From the human T2T-CHM13v2.0 reference genome, Homo sapiens, in NCBI RefSeq assembly GCF_009914755.1, contig NC_060929.1: a DNA stretch of 64,000 bases; one strand, given 5' to 3'. Both the position numbers and the translations under genes were made by a program. Shown here piece after piece: positions 11,421 through 24,142 of the stretch; the stretch's first letter is position 1, and the number at the start of each line of letters is the position of its first letter. The notes below the pieces were generated by a model. The model searched no databases, had not been told where the DNA came from, and worked only from the letters and a program-made list of their open reading frames with translations.

Positions 11421-11599
11421 TACAAAGCAAATCCCAAACTAATAACCGAAGGAACCCGTGAGTATTTGACCCCAAACTCCATTCTCTTTCCAGTACCAAA
11501 CTGCTTATACAAGTTTCAACACAGTAAACTTTAACAATTATACAATGGAATTTTATCTTAATCTCCAATAACTCCCCTCAAAGGAGCTGGGGATGACCC

Positions 11600-11770
11600 T
11601 TAACCAGTATGACTAATCAGAAATATCTGGGGAATATTTTCAACATACACAAGCCAAGGCTGATGCTATACGTAGTGAATCAGAGTCTCCCAGGGGTGGG
11701 GTCCAGGCCTGTGATTTCAAAAACATTCCCCAGGTGCATCTGACGCACAGCCTGTTCAAGAACCAGTGGA
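11600..11770. mobile_element. MER5B-like hAT-Charlie MITE
   Basis: tgaatcagagtctcccagggg..ccccaggtgcatctgacgcacagcc..agaaccagtg. Confidence 0.75.
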
Positions 11771-12702
11771 CTTCAGATTATTTTCAGTACCAAACCTCAC
11801 CTGTTTTTAAAGCACAGATCATTCCAATAGTCCTGAGAAAGAACTGGACCAAGAGAACAGACTTTAGGGCCCAGTTGTATTTATCTGGCCATCTCTAATG
11901 TCTGGAATTATTGTTTTGTGTGCCCTATATAGAAACTCATTCCATCCTGGACTGTATTGAGAAGCATGTTTTTCTATTCAGTATCTTATGTAATCACAAA
12001 AGAGTCTTAGTGTTTGCTTACTGTGCTCAAAGATTCACTTGTATCAATTTATTGATAAAATACCCACTTTTATCAATTTGTTTTTATAAAGTGTTTTGCT
12101 TGTCAGTAATGTCGTCTGCAAAATTCTCATTGCCAGATGTATTACTTTAGGGACTACGTAAATTATGGGGGGTTTCTCGCTCTGTCACTCACACACCTTT
12201 TCTCTTCTGCTAGGATCAGCTTTCACAGCTGTGTGCATGGGGGAAGGGCCCTCTCTGGGATATGAACTGAGGAAGGACGCCCCATTGACCTTTGTTTCCT
12301 CTCTCCTACCCCAACCTCCCAGCTCAATCAGCACAGACATGATTATGTAATCATGCCAATATAAGAGCCACAATTATGTTTACTTCACCCTTCCCCTACC
12401 TCTAGGAGATAATCTCATTTCAACTCACCCAGGGAAATATATCAGAATTTTGGCCAACTGCAGAAATAGCCTATATAAATACACTGCTCCCAGAAAATTC
12501 TGCCACACCTTCCAGCCTCCACCAAGTCAAACACTGGGTGAGCTGGACTGCCTTCTATTTCATCCCCTGGAGCCTTGTGGGGTGGGGTGTGTGGACATAA
12601 TGTCAGATTCATCCCTATGTGGTGACAGTATCAATGAAGTTATAAATATCTAAGGCTTGTGGCATTCCCTAGCGAAGTGTCTCACAATATACCTTTCATA
12701 TA

Positions 12703-12945
12703 TCAATAACTAACAGGTTTTGAGTATTTCCTGCTTGCCAGGCTCTGGTCTAAGAGGTTTAAAATGTTAATGTATCGACCTCTTGAATTAACTGTCTGTG
12801 CTGGGGAATGTTATTACCCCCACTTTATGGATAAGAACATTGAGGCACAGAGAGGTTGAGTAAATTCCCCCACGATGAAACAGCTAGGAGGCATAATTGG
12901 GAGACAGACAGTGGCATAGCTGGCTTCGGAGACTGGCTCTTCCCC
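12703..12945 (-). mobile_element. MIR
   Basis: cccactttatggataagaacattgaggcacagagaggttgagtaaattcccc core. Confidence 0.85.
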
Positions 12946-12969
12946 AACACCTCCATGGTGCACCAGGGC

Positions 12970-13143
12970 CAGGGTTGACAAACTTTCTCCATAAAGGGCC
13001 AGAGAGCAAATATGTTAGGCTTTGTGAGCCATACAGTCTCTGTTGCAGCTCTAGACAATATGTAAATGAATTGTGTTCCAATAACAATTTATTTACAAAA
13101 ACAGACCAGATTTGGCCTCCAGGTCATAGTTTGCTGATCCCTG
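12970..13143 (-). mobile_element. MER58A DNA transposon
   Basis: TIR-like ends cagggttgacaaact / agtttgctgatccctg; aaagggccag..aaatatgttaggctttg. Confidence 0.85.
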
Positions 13144-13151
13144 CTCTAGCC

Positions 13152-13338
13152 CAGTGGTTCTCAAATTTGAGCATGCTTTAAAATCATCAGAAGGACTTTC
13201 TAAAATCAGATTGGTGCCCAACAACATCCTGAGTTTCTGATTCGGTGGGCTTTGGATGGGGCCCACACTTTGCATCTTTAGCCGTTCCCAAGTGATGCTA
13301 ATGCTGTGGATCTAGGAACTACTCTTTGAGAACCACTG
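13152..13338 (-). mobile_element. MER5A DNA transposon
   Basis: Perfect 14-bp TIRs cagtggttctcaaa / tttgagaaccactg. Confidence 0.9.
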
Positions 13339-14494
13339 CCTAAAGGAACATTAACAAACACAGCTTGCAGGTTATCTTCTGAAAGCAAATCAACGTTAAT
13401 GTAAAATCTTACCATTCCTCTAAGTCATGATGACTTAGAGACTCCTTTGTCTCGCAGTCTCTGGACAAAGACCATTTTTTATCTTCTTGGTATTCACAGT
13501 GTCTGAGATGGTGGCTTCTGTGTCCTAGGTACTCAAAAATGGTTGCTCGTGGAAGGAAACTCAAATGAATGACTGTAATGCTATGTTAGGTCGTTCCCAT
13601 TAATTTTAAAATGTGATGAAAATACTCAGGATTGGAGTAAATTGCTCTACCTCAGAGAATGACATTACCTAATATAGGCAACTTGTTTGTATGGTATAGT
13701 AAGTCATTTTTCCCAGTTCACGCATTTAAAGAGAATATACACCTTAAGATAGCCCTGAGTTTTTCCCAAGTCACATTAAATGTAGCCTGCCCCAAGTTAT
13801 GATCCTACATAAGAAGCAGCTCTTGTTTGTCAAGATACTGTTCCTTAGAGATGAGGTAAAAAAGAAGTCGTAGGTTATGGGATTTTACAGAAGGCATTAC
13901 TAGTCCCGGCAAAACCAGTTCTTAAAAAAAGATTAGGATCAGGCTGACTGGACACACCTAGATATAACTTGAGCAGAGGATACCTGCCAGGACTGATTTC
14001 CCCCTTGGGTAAACAGCCAGATGCAAGGCAATGCACAGGCCATTTAAAATCTCAGTGCTGTGACTGAACCAGAGCCTCGTGGTTCACTTTATTTAGAAAA
14101 ACAGGTGGGAAATTAAAAATCCTCCAAACTATTTTGAATTGGAAAAAGAAAACCTCATTTGGTTTCAAAGCATGTTTTTTTTTTTTATTTTTTATTTTTC
14201 CTAACTCTGAGAAAACGTGAACACTGCAGCGAGTAAAAAGACTGCTCACTGCCTTCCATATACACAAATCAGGGCTTTCCTGCATCCAAATGTTACTTTG
14301 AACTGACAAAACACTCTTGGCACTTTAATTTTATTTCATAACGAAAAGGCAAACTTAACTTCTAAGCATTTTTATTCCAAGTTTAATGGCTTACATTCCC
14401 GGGGTCAGCAAGCAGATGGAGTTGGAGACGAGAATGTATAATTGCAGATTATGAAACAGCAAAATTAATGTTACTTTGTTAATGTCAAGATAGG

Positions 14495-14680
14495 ATTTGA
14501 GAGCTAGAAGGGATTTTCAAGATCATTGATCCTAAACCTCATCATACAGATGAAGACACTGAGGCTGAAGTGATTATGTGTCCTGCCCAGCTTTGCAAAG
14601 CCAGTTGGGGACGGAGCTGCATCTGCTGCCTGGTCTCCTGGCAATTAGGCCAGTCCTCCCACTGCAGTATGCCACTATCC
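14495..14680 (-). mobile_element. MIR (MIRc/MIR3-like)
   Basis: gagctagaagggatt..catacagatgaagacactgaggc. Confidence 0.7.
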
Positions 14681-14743
14681 TCATCAGTTCCTTACAAGAA
14701 AGAGGCTCGTATTTATCCTTCACTGCTTTACCTTTCAGTGTAG

Positions 14744-14745
<2 letters not shown>

Positions 14746-14785
<40 letters not shown>
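14746..14785. repeat. (GT)20 microsatellite
   Basis: Direct reading. Confidence 0.98.
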
Positions 14786-14787
<2 letters not shown>

Positions 14788-14789
<2 letters not shown>

Positions 14790-14878
14790 AAGGGGAGAAG
14801 AAGAAGAAGAAGGAGAAGGAGAAGGAGAAGGAGAAGGAGAAGGAGAAGGAGAAGGAGGAGAAGAAGGAGAAAGAAGAG
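14788..14878. repeat. Polypurine (GAA)n/(GGAGAA)n tract
   Basis: Direct reading. Confidence 0.97.
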
Positions 14879-15299
14879 CGAAGAGCCAGAACTGTTGGCT
14901 TGCAACCATCTGCAAATTTCCTAGGGATGTGGCTCCTTCTGTCTGTGGCTCTGCCATTCTCAGTGGGCTGCCCACATCGTCATGGTCCATGATTAACCAT
15001 CATCTTGAAAATTCCAGCCAGGAGGGAGGAGAGAAAGGAGAAGTGGAGTGCATAATTTTCCCCATACAAATGTGCCCTGGATGGCACACATGCACTTCCT
15101 TGGCCAGAACTTACTTGCATTGACAGACCTAGATTGTGGGTCACCATGCACCCAGCTAAATATAGTATATAGTATTATATCCAATAGAAGAAACAATGGT
15201 CACTGAGGGCTACCTAGAGGTTTCTTAGTTGACTCCCTGGCCATCCAATATCTGTGCTTACCTTTCATCTCACATAAAGAACACACGTATTCCCCACCT

Positions 15300-17320
15300 A
15301 AGGGAGGCAATCTCTGTATATATCTTATTGCTACTGCTTTCACCTTCAAGTTCATGATCTGTACCTGACACACACTGTTATTCACTGCATCCAGGCTTCC
15401 TCCTCTCAGTTGAACAACTGTAAACTAAAAGACAAGTTTTCTGTCCACCCATTGGATCCAATATAGAATGGTAGAGTAGGAAAAGAAACTTCAGTGGCAG
15501 ACAAATGGCAGTGGTGGATCCCTGCTAATGAAGGCATGCTTCCCAAGAGTTCCAGCTGTAAGAGTGAAGTCACTCCATCTGGTATCCCCTGGGAAACTCT
15601 CTGGAAGGAGATCACTAGGAGTGTGTGGAAGGGTGTATTAGTCCATTTTCACACTGCTATAAAGATACTACCTGAGATTGGGTAATTTATAAACAAAAGA
15701 GGTTTAATTGACTCACAGTTCCTCATGGCTGGGGAGGCCTCAGGAAACTTACAATCATGGTGGAAGGCAAAGGCAAAGCAAAGCAGCACGTCTTACATGA
15801 CAGCAGGAGAAAGAGCGCTTGCAGGGGAAACTGCCAGACACTTATCAAACAACCAGATCTCATGAGGACTCCCTCACTATCATGAGAACAGCATGGAGGA
15901 AACTGCCCCCATGAGCCAACACGTCCCACCACGTCCCTCCCTCAACCCATGGGGATTACAATTCTAGATGCGATTTGAATGGGGACACAGATCCAAGCCA
16001 TATCAGAGTGCATTGCTCTGGTTCAGCTGGGGCACACAGCCTTTGCCACTCACCCCCAGCAGGGTGGCCTGACTCACGCCCAGCAGGGTGGCCTGAGTCA
16101 CCAATCAAGCTTGTCTGGTGGCTTCTTTGGCAACACAATTTCCTCAAAAACTTAGCAGGCAACTGTCATTTAAACCTGAAGATTTCGCTTCTTTATTTCC
16201 TGGCCTCTGGGTACTGCCAAAAGTCCTCTCGAGTTAATGGTGTCTCCCTTGGGAGTTTCAGGAACATAGTCTTTGCGGGAAGTAAATCCCCTTATTCTGG
16301 TCTCTCATTTTTTGGCAGAAAATTCCGTATGTGAGAAGACTTAGCAAAATAGGATCACACAGTTCTATCTCCTCCCCTTGCAGTCTATTTGGAGCCACCT
16401 CTTCTCACCGTTTCAGTTTTGGATAAGGTTTGGCTTTATCAAACTTGCAAAGTCCCAAGATAACTCATATTCACTTCAAGTTGACTATGTGAGCCATGAG
16501 GATGTTCCTGTCATGAGAGGATCTAACTTAGCGGAGCTCTGGTTCTCTTTCATTTTTGCTTGATGTCCAGCCGCCTCTAGCATAAATTGGCCTCTCTCAT
16601 GAGGACTTCGCTGAAAGTGTCAAGTGTCAACAACAAAACATCAACATTCTGAATTTTCTGATCATTTCCCCTAATGTTGGTCATGCCCTGTGTTCTTCAT
16701 CCCAAGATGCTGCAGATGACAATGTCATTAGATGCTTTGTCCCTGCATAACAAGGGTCACCAGCTTTCTACCCACCAAAATCTGCATTTTTGCTGTCCAC
16801 TGTCCAGATGCTTTCTCTAAGACAATGACATCAGTGTGGCCAGCTGGATTCTAACAAATGCCACGCACAACATTCTCTTCCAAATACCAAATTCTGCCAT
16901 ATACATTCAGCTGTGTATGAGAATGATCCAAATTTGCAGTGACCTAAACACAAAATGAGTTTATTGCTTTCTCCCATAAACATCTAATGTGGTAACTGTG
17001 CTCTACAAGGTCATGGGGTGCTCAGGTTCCTTCTCCTTGTCATTTTACCACGCCTTGGTGATTTTCTGGTTTCTATGGCCCAATATTTCTCAGCACCATA
17101 TCTGCTTTTCAGCCAATAGGAGGGGAGTGAGATGGTTGGTATTATCATCTTGCCTATTAAGTAAGGCACAATTTGGAGATTTCACGCATCACTTCATTCA
17201 ATCCCATTATTCGGAATTTAATCTCAGGAATAAACTTACTTTTTTAGGATGTCAGAGTCCCCAGACAAGGGTTTTTATTGCTAAAGAAGTAGAGGAAGTT
17301 TATATTGCAGAACATGAACA
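15300..17320 (-). mobile_element. Old MLT1 internal sequence plus LTR (~16897-17320), interrupted by THE1
   Basis: aactaaaagacaagtt..aatatagaatggtagagtagg; cataacaagggtcacc; ataccaaattctg junction, then LTR-like cagtgacctaaacacaa..tttatt. Confidence 0.6.
15634..16005 (-). mobile_element. THE1 (THE1D-like) solo LTR
   Basis: tgtattagtccattttcacactgctataaag ... gatccaagccatatca, ~370 bp. Confidence 0.93.
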
Positions 17321-19039
17321 GTCTCTGCTGCATTATGTACATCTTTTTAATGTTCAGCATAAATATCTAGAACACAACCTATAATTAGTTTAAAGATGTA
17401 ATTCAGCATGGATATGCTGTTTACCTCTAAATCTCCTTATCTAGAATATTAGTGAACCTACCAACCAGGAATTCTTGGGAAATTTCTTATCCAAACCTTT
17501 AAGGCTATCTGATCTTTTGCTGTCATTTCATTTTCCTCTAACTCTTCCAAAATGGGCATCCACACAGAATTCTGTCAGACCAGCATTTGATATCCAAAAT
17601 GATATTAATTAGGTGAATAAGTCTTTATGTAACTGTTCAAACTCCACATTTTGGATGTATCTGGTTTAACTCACTATTTTAACTTGCCCATTAAGCTTCT
17701 ATTTTCAATGAACATAATTTTTATTACTAGAATTTACATAATCTTTTGGCAAAATGTTGAACTTATTTTCTGTTTTCTGTTGTGTCATTAGTATCTCAAG
17801 CATGCTAATTTTTTAGTCGTTATCCTATTATTCTCATATCTGAATCTACTGTGTTTTCTGCTAATTTTCGCACATCGTAGCCTGTTCTTTTTATGATTTT
17901 TAAAAGTAGATTGTGAGTTTGTTTGCTCTGTGGGGCTTTATGAAAATCCTGAGTGTCCTGGATTAAAAGTTTCCCTTTCCTAGAAGGTTCTGGACATTTA
18001 GGAGTGGTACCACGCGGGGATAAATTTTTGTTGTTGTTACTTTCCTCCTTTGGGGGCTCCCAAGTATAGTCACATCAAACTAAAACCTTATGAGAGAAAC
18101 ACTTATTATCTTAAGGGAAGAGTTTTTTCCACCAAGATCCCAGAAGACAATCTCTTTGTTATCTATTTGCTGGTGAGTGGATGTTTTACATGCCTGTTCA
18201 ATAGGGCTGACTGTACTGGGATGGGATGGGATTTCACCACATCATCATGCATGCCCCAAGGACTTATTTCCTCTGACCCCTAAAATCCATGCCTATGGTC
18301 GTTGGTTACCAAGAAAGGCACACCCTGTTTCCCCCTGCTCCCCACCTCCAACTCACCCAACACAACTGAATGAACATCTATTCTTTATTTTGTGGCCTTG
18401 GGAATTTCCTTACTTTCTTTTGAGCTTAGCTATGTATTTCAAAGAAGCTGAGTTTATTTTTTTCTAGCCTTTCTAGGTGTTCTGTAGTAGTATAGTTTCA
18501 TATTACTTAACTGTTTCCATAAAGAAAAGTCAGCTCCCTAATTTCATCCATGAAGTTGCAAACTGTTACCTACTTCAACCTAATAAATCGCAATGGAAGC
18601 AACAGGAAAACAATATTTACAACATTTGTGAGGGACAAGTGGTCAGCATACTTGTATAACGTGGCATATCTGGCTATTTAAGCTGGATTCCAGAGGCTCT
18701 TCAGTACAAACAGTGACTCTACCTCTCCTTCCCCAGCAACTCACTGTGTTGCGCAAATCTCAGTAAGAGTTTACACTCTCTGCTAGCCCCAGCAATAGGG
18801 AAGGCAACGTGGATGGGAGGCATGAAAAAGGCAAAGTTCAAAGAAGGAGGTCTACATTTGTGCTCCTGTATTTTAGGCAAGACCAGAAGATATGGGGGGA
18901 CTCATGACTTTGAAAGTTCATGAGAAACTTTATGAGACTCACAAGCCCTAGGAGAAATGCTTCTAGGCCTAGGAAATCAGATATAGTGTAAAATTATAAA
19001 AAAGAGCATATTCCCTATTTCTGGAAGCCTGGAAAATTC

Positions 19040-19308
19040 TTTTTTTTAAGACAGGGTCTCACTGGCTCATCCAGACTGAAGTGCAGTGGTATTTCACGAC
19101 TCACCATAGCCTCAGCTGCCTGGGCTCAAGCGATTCTCCCACCTCAGCCTTTCAAGTATCTGGGACACAGGCATGCCCCACCACACCCAGCCAATTTTTA
19201 AAATTATTTGTAGAGATGAGGCTGGTCTCAAATTCCCGGGCTCAAGCGATCCTCCCGCCTCAGCCTCCCAAAGTGCGGGGATTACAGATGTGAGTCACTG
19301 CATGCAGT
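19040..19308 (-). mobile_element. AluJ, internally deleted
   Basis: Antisense dimer with J-type ctgggctcaagcgatcctccc; perfect TSD tggaaaattctt 19030-19041 / 19310-19321. Confidence 0.93.
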
Positions 19309-19776
19309 GTGGAAAATTCTTGCAACATTAGAACAGGCATGGCAGAGTTTATGGGATTGGCACCACTCTTTTTCCACCCAAGAGACGATAGTTTTTCTGT
19401 TGACTTCCTCAGGGTATTCTTGACTGTTGGTGGCAGCAGTGTGGCTTCCCAATACTGTGTCTTGACAGTAGACATGGGCAAGTGGGAGCCAGCGCTAGAC
19501 GCGCAGAGGAAGGCAGACAGCAGGTGGGATGGGAGCTCACCAACTGGGCTCGTTGGCTCGTGTGAAGCACTCCTTTGGGGACTCCCAGAAGTAACTCAGA
19601 GAAAATGCTTTGTAGGGAGCTAATTTTTAGCAATCAGGCTAGGGGTCACTGAGCTCCCATAATTGATTGAGTCTCTAAAGTTAAGGGGACTTTATACTGG
19701 CAAGATATGGGTAGACCATGTGAGTGCTGCTAAACATATAAAGAGAGTTCAAGTGATGGGCATTTAGGGTGATTCC

Positions 19777-20168
19777 ATAAAGAAAATGTGGCATATATAC
19801 ACCATGGAATACTATACAGCCACAAAAAAATGAGACCATGTCCTTTGCAGGAACATGGATGGAGCTGGAGGCCATTATCCTTAGCAAACTAACTTAGGAA
19901 CAGAAAACCAAATACCACATATTCTCATTTATAAGTGGGAGCTAAATGATGAGAACACATGGACACATAGAGGGGAGCAACACACACTTGGGCCTATCAG
20001 AGGGTGGGGAATGGGAGGAGGGAGAGGATCAGGAAGAATAACTAATGGATACTAGGCTTAATACCTGTGTGACAAAATAATCTGTACAACAAACCCCCAT
20101 GACACAAGTTTGCCTATGTAACAGACCTGCACATGTACCCCTGAACTTGGAAGTAAAAAGAAAAAAGA
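19777..20168 (+). mobile_element. L1PA (approx. L1PA13) 3' end
   Basis: aagaaaatgtggcatatatacaccatgg.. 3' UTR ..cacatgtacccctgaactt + A tail. Confidence 0.92.
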
Positions 20169-20426
20169 ATGCTTAAGAAAAAGACAGTCTCAAACAAAAG
20201 ATGAATGAAAGACAACTCATAAAAAGAGAAATGAAATAGATTTCACATATAAAAAGAAATTTTACTAAAAAATTTAAAAATAAATTAACGATATTATTTC
20301 CATTTACCAAACTGACAGAGATTATTATGTGTTTGCCCTCTTATTTCTCTGACTGATGGGCATGTAAACTTGTATAAATGTGACAAAGAAAAATACTTCA
20401 CAAGAGCTTTTAAAACATGCAGACCA

Positions 20427-20766
<340 letters not shown>

Positions 20767-21121
20767 TCACTCCAAATTAATTTAAAGAAATAATAAAAGA
20801 GGTTTGCAAAAGTTGGGGACAGAGATTGCCAGTATGAGGCTCTCATATTGGTAAAAAGATGGAAGCAACATAAATACCTCACAATAAAAGAATAATCAAA
20901 TGAATTTTCTATAGCTATAATGAAGCCTGTTGAATCTTATGGCCTTTTCAATGCCTATTTCAACACATGGAAACTTGTTTATGAGATACTCATAAAAATT
21001 TTTATAATGTAATTACATTATGACATAGGTGAGTAGCACAGGTTGTAAAACAGTATGTATGGGATATAATCCTAATTTTGTATATTTATACAAGTATGCA
21101 CTGAAAAACTGGAAGTTTGTA

Positions 21122-21425
21122 CAGTCATCCCTCATTATCCATGGAGGATTGGTTCTGGGACTCCCTATGGATATCAAAATCCATGGAGGCTCAAGTCTCT
21201 TATTAAAATGTAGCACTTGAATATAATCTACACATATCCTACTATGTACTTTAAATCATCTGTAGATTAAATCATCTGTAATACAATGCCAATGCTACAT
21301 AAACGGTTGTTATACTATGTTGTTAAGGGAATAATGACAAGAAAAAGTCTGTGAATGTTCAGTACAGATGCAACTCTCCATTTTTTAACAACATTTAAAA
21401 ACCCACAGGTATGGAGGACTGACAG
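21122..21425 (+). mobile_element. MER2 (TcMar-Tigger MITE)
   Basis: ta|cagtcatccctcattatccatggaggattggttc start; matching inverted end atggaggactgacag. Confidence 0.88.
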
Positions 21426-22629
21426 CACACAGATAAGTGGTTATCACGTTCTTCATTCTGAATTTCTCCACTACATTTTTTTTTCACAATAAGCATGAGC
21501 TGTCTCTATATTCAACAAAAAAAGAATAAATGCTATTGTTATGGTCATATTGTCTTCATCAATTGGCTTTTCGTGCCCCTAGAGTTTTACTCCCATTGTT
21601 TCTGATGCACAGATCTGGAGAGAAGCTCAAGAGAAGGAAGGCTCCCTCTTCCCACTCTGAGCTCCTACAACCAGGGCTGGCCCCTCACAGCTGCTGCCAA
21701 AGAGGATCTCCAGAGACCCAGTTGGCTTTTGCTTGGAGGCCCCCATTTATGGTTGGGACGTTCCCTTAGTTAACTGTTCCCCTACATTGAGGACTCACGT
21801 TTCTCATTTTTTTTGTTTTTCTCTTTGCTTTGTTTTGAATGATCCCTTTCTGGATTATTCTGCTGGTTAGCAATTTCATCACTCACTCCCCATACCGAGT
21901 TGCCTACGCATATTGGGTTAAACCAGAGAAAAGTGTTTTCTATGGAAGTTAAAAAAAAAACGTAAATAATAGCACTTTGATCTCATTTAACCTATTTCTA
22001 TGATACCTAAGTTATCCCATCAAAGTGGAAAACATTTCATTTTTCTGATTAGAAATTCTGGTTAACTGGTTGCCCCACATGGGTAGTGGTGCCAGGCAGA
22101 GCTACAAGGACCCTGAGCAATACTTTCACATGAGCAGGAATTGGTTGATTTTTACTTCAGTATTTTTCGAATATTGCTTTCTCACTAATCTAAGCTATCA
22201 ACTTGGAGGATCAGGTTAGAGTATTGACATTGAAATAAGCTTCATATATATAAAAAAGAACAGTTTCCTCCTGGATTCAATTTAAAGGAATAAGCAAGAA
22301 AAGAAAAAAATAGATAACTCTCACAAAATTTAATAAATTGATTGGATTTGTGAGATATTTTTAAATAAAATTTAATTCAAAATGTTGAAACTACAGATGA
22401 CTGGAAATAATGTAAAAATAGAAATCCAATTTTAAAATACATATTTCATGTTGGAGTAGAAGAAACGTGCATCTCAACTTATTCCTAAAGTTCTCAAAGT
22501 AGAAGAATAAAATAAAATGTAATCTAGAAATAAAAGTAGAAACCTTTCAGCAGCTCTTGGGCAATGATTAGTAAATGGGTCAAGTAATTACTATTTAATG
22601 TAATTGTCATTTTCTTTGTAATAGTTTAT

Positions 22630-23165
22630 TGCCTTTAACCTTGGTTTAAGAAATGAGATTCTGTTGGTATGAAAGTAATGATATGAGTATTCCTCAGGCA
22701 GGTAGTTGGATGCACATATCTGAAATTCAAGAGAGTGGATATGGGAGTCCTCCATTCACAGATGATGAGTCTGGATGAGAACTTAGAGTGAGAAGAACCA
22801 AGTGCAAGAATTGAGTTCCTGAGCTCAGAATTCAGGGAAAAAAGAGAAACCAGTAATGAATTCATGAGTGCCCAATGAGACAAGAGGAAAACTAGGAGAG
22901 CTCAGTGTAGGGAAGCCAGGAGCAGGAATATGTCTAGGAAGAGGCAGAAATCAACCCCATTAATGCTGCCAAAAAAGGCAGCTACATAGAGAATTGCCCA
23001 TTGGATCTAACTATGCCAAGGTCACTGGGGACCTTAACAAGGGCAGCTTTTGTGGAGTCATGAGGCTGAGACAAGGTGAGACAGTAGTGAGTCTGAGAGA
23101 AGTGGAGAATGGAGAATAAGCTTTTTTATTTTTTTTATTTTTTTAAGTTTTGCTGCAAAGAATAA
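22630..23165 (-). mobile_element. L2 fragment
   Basis: aggcaggtagttgga..ccattggatcta..aggtcactggggaccttaacaagggcag. Confidence 0.8.
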
Positions 23166-23304
23166 TGGTGGTGGCTTGAATCCTAACATTTCAACTCAAA
23201 CCAAGAGCAAAATGAGGACCACTTATCTAAATATTTAAAATGTAAGTGAAACTAACAAATTGTTTCAGAAAAGATGCTCTATCTTCATACCTTGGGAAAA
23301 CATA

Positions 23305-23450
23305 CTTTTGATGTAAGATGTTTCCACAGGAAGAAAGTGGCAGAAAAGTATCTGGGATCTCTCTGAAGATTTTCTTACAACTGCGTGTAAATCTACAATT
23401 GTCTCAAAATGTACCTCAAAAATTATCATTACAATTATCTCAAAAGTTAA
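23305..23450 (+). mobile_element. L1MC-like 3' terminal fragment
   Basis: gggatctctctg..ttttcttacaactgcgtgtaaatctacaatt. Confidence 0.65.
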
Positions 23451-23538
23451 AAACTGTTACCTTTGTTAATAACCTGGAAGTACAGGCTTGAGTTTAGACA
23501 TTAGAATTCCTCAGAGTTCTGCTTCAGAACCCAGAGAA

Positions 23539-23700
23539 AGGACTATCTGTAGAATTTTCAGGGCCCAGTGAAATGAAAATATGGGGCCCCTGGTTCAAAA
23601 ATGATGAAGCATTTCAAGATGTTAACAGCCAGACATTAAACCAAATGTGGAGACCATGTGAACCCAAGACCCCGTCTGACTGCACAGGATGCATGGTCTC
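23539..23700 (-). mobile_element. MER45A (hAT-Tip100)
   Basis: cagggcccagtgaaatgaaaatatggggcccctggttcaaaaat matches the recalled consensus. Confidence 0.85.
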
Positions 23701-23849
23701 CTTCTAGCAGGTGTTTGCACTTGTGTGGTTTGAACTTCTCCCTGGCACCATCATCTTGCCCGCCTGTGAGGCAGAAAGAGAGGGAAGGTGTAAGTTGAAA
23801 GCTGTCAGAGGTCAAACATCAAAAATAGAGACAGATTCTTGATGACACA

Positions 23850-24142
23850 CTTGCATCCTTCAAGTCTTTGTTCATAAACCGCTGTCTCAATGACACCTAC
23901 TTGATTATCTGATTTAAGATGTCGCCCCCTCTCCTCACATGCCCATTACTGATCTATATTTTTTTTCCAGAGCATGTATCACCTTCTAACAAAATGCATA
24001 CTTTATTTTATTGTGATTATTGTTGATCTCCTCTCACTACTAAGTTAACACCATAAGGACAGGGATTTTTGTCTTTTTTGTACTGAAAACCATGCCAAGC
24101 CCATATTTAGTGCCCAATAATATAGCAAATAAATGTATGGTT
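23850..24142 (+). mobile_element. L2a 3' end
   Basis: ccataaggacagggatttttgtctttt..aataaatgtatg. Confidence 0.8.

Noticed and set aside
14574-14992. Low-complexity ORFs (SP, HT, KE repeats)
   Set aside because: Translations of microsatellites.
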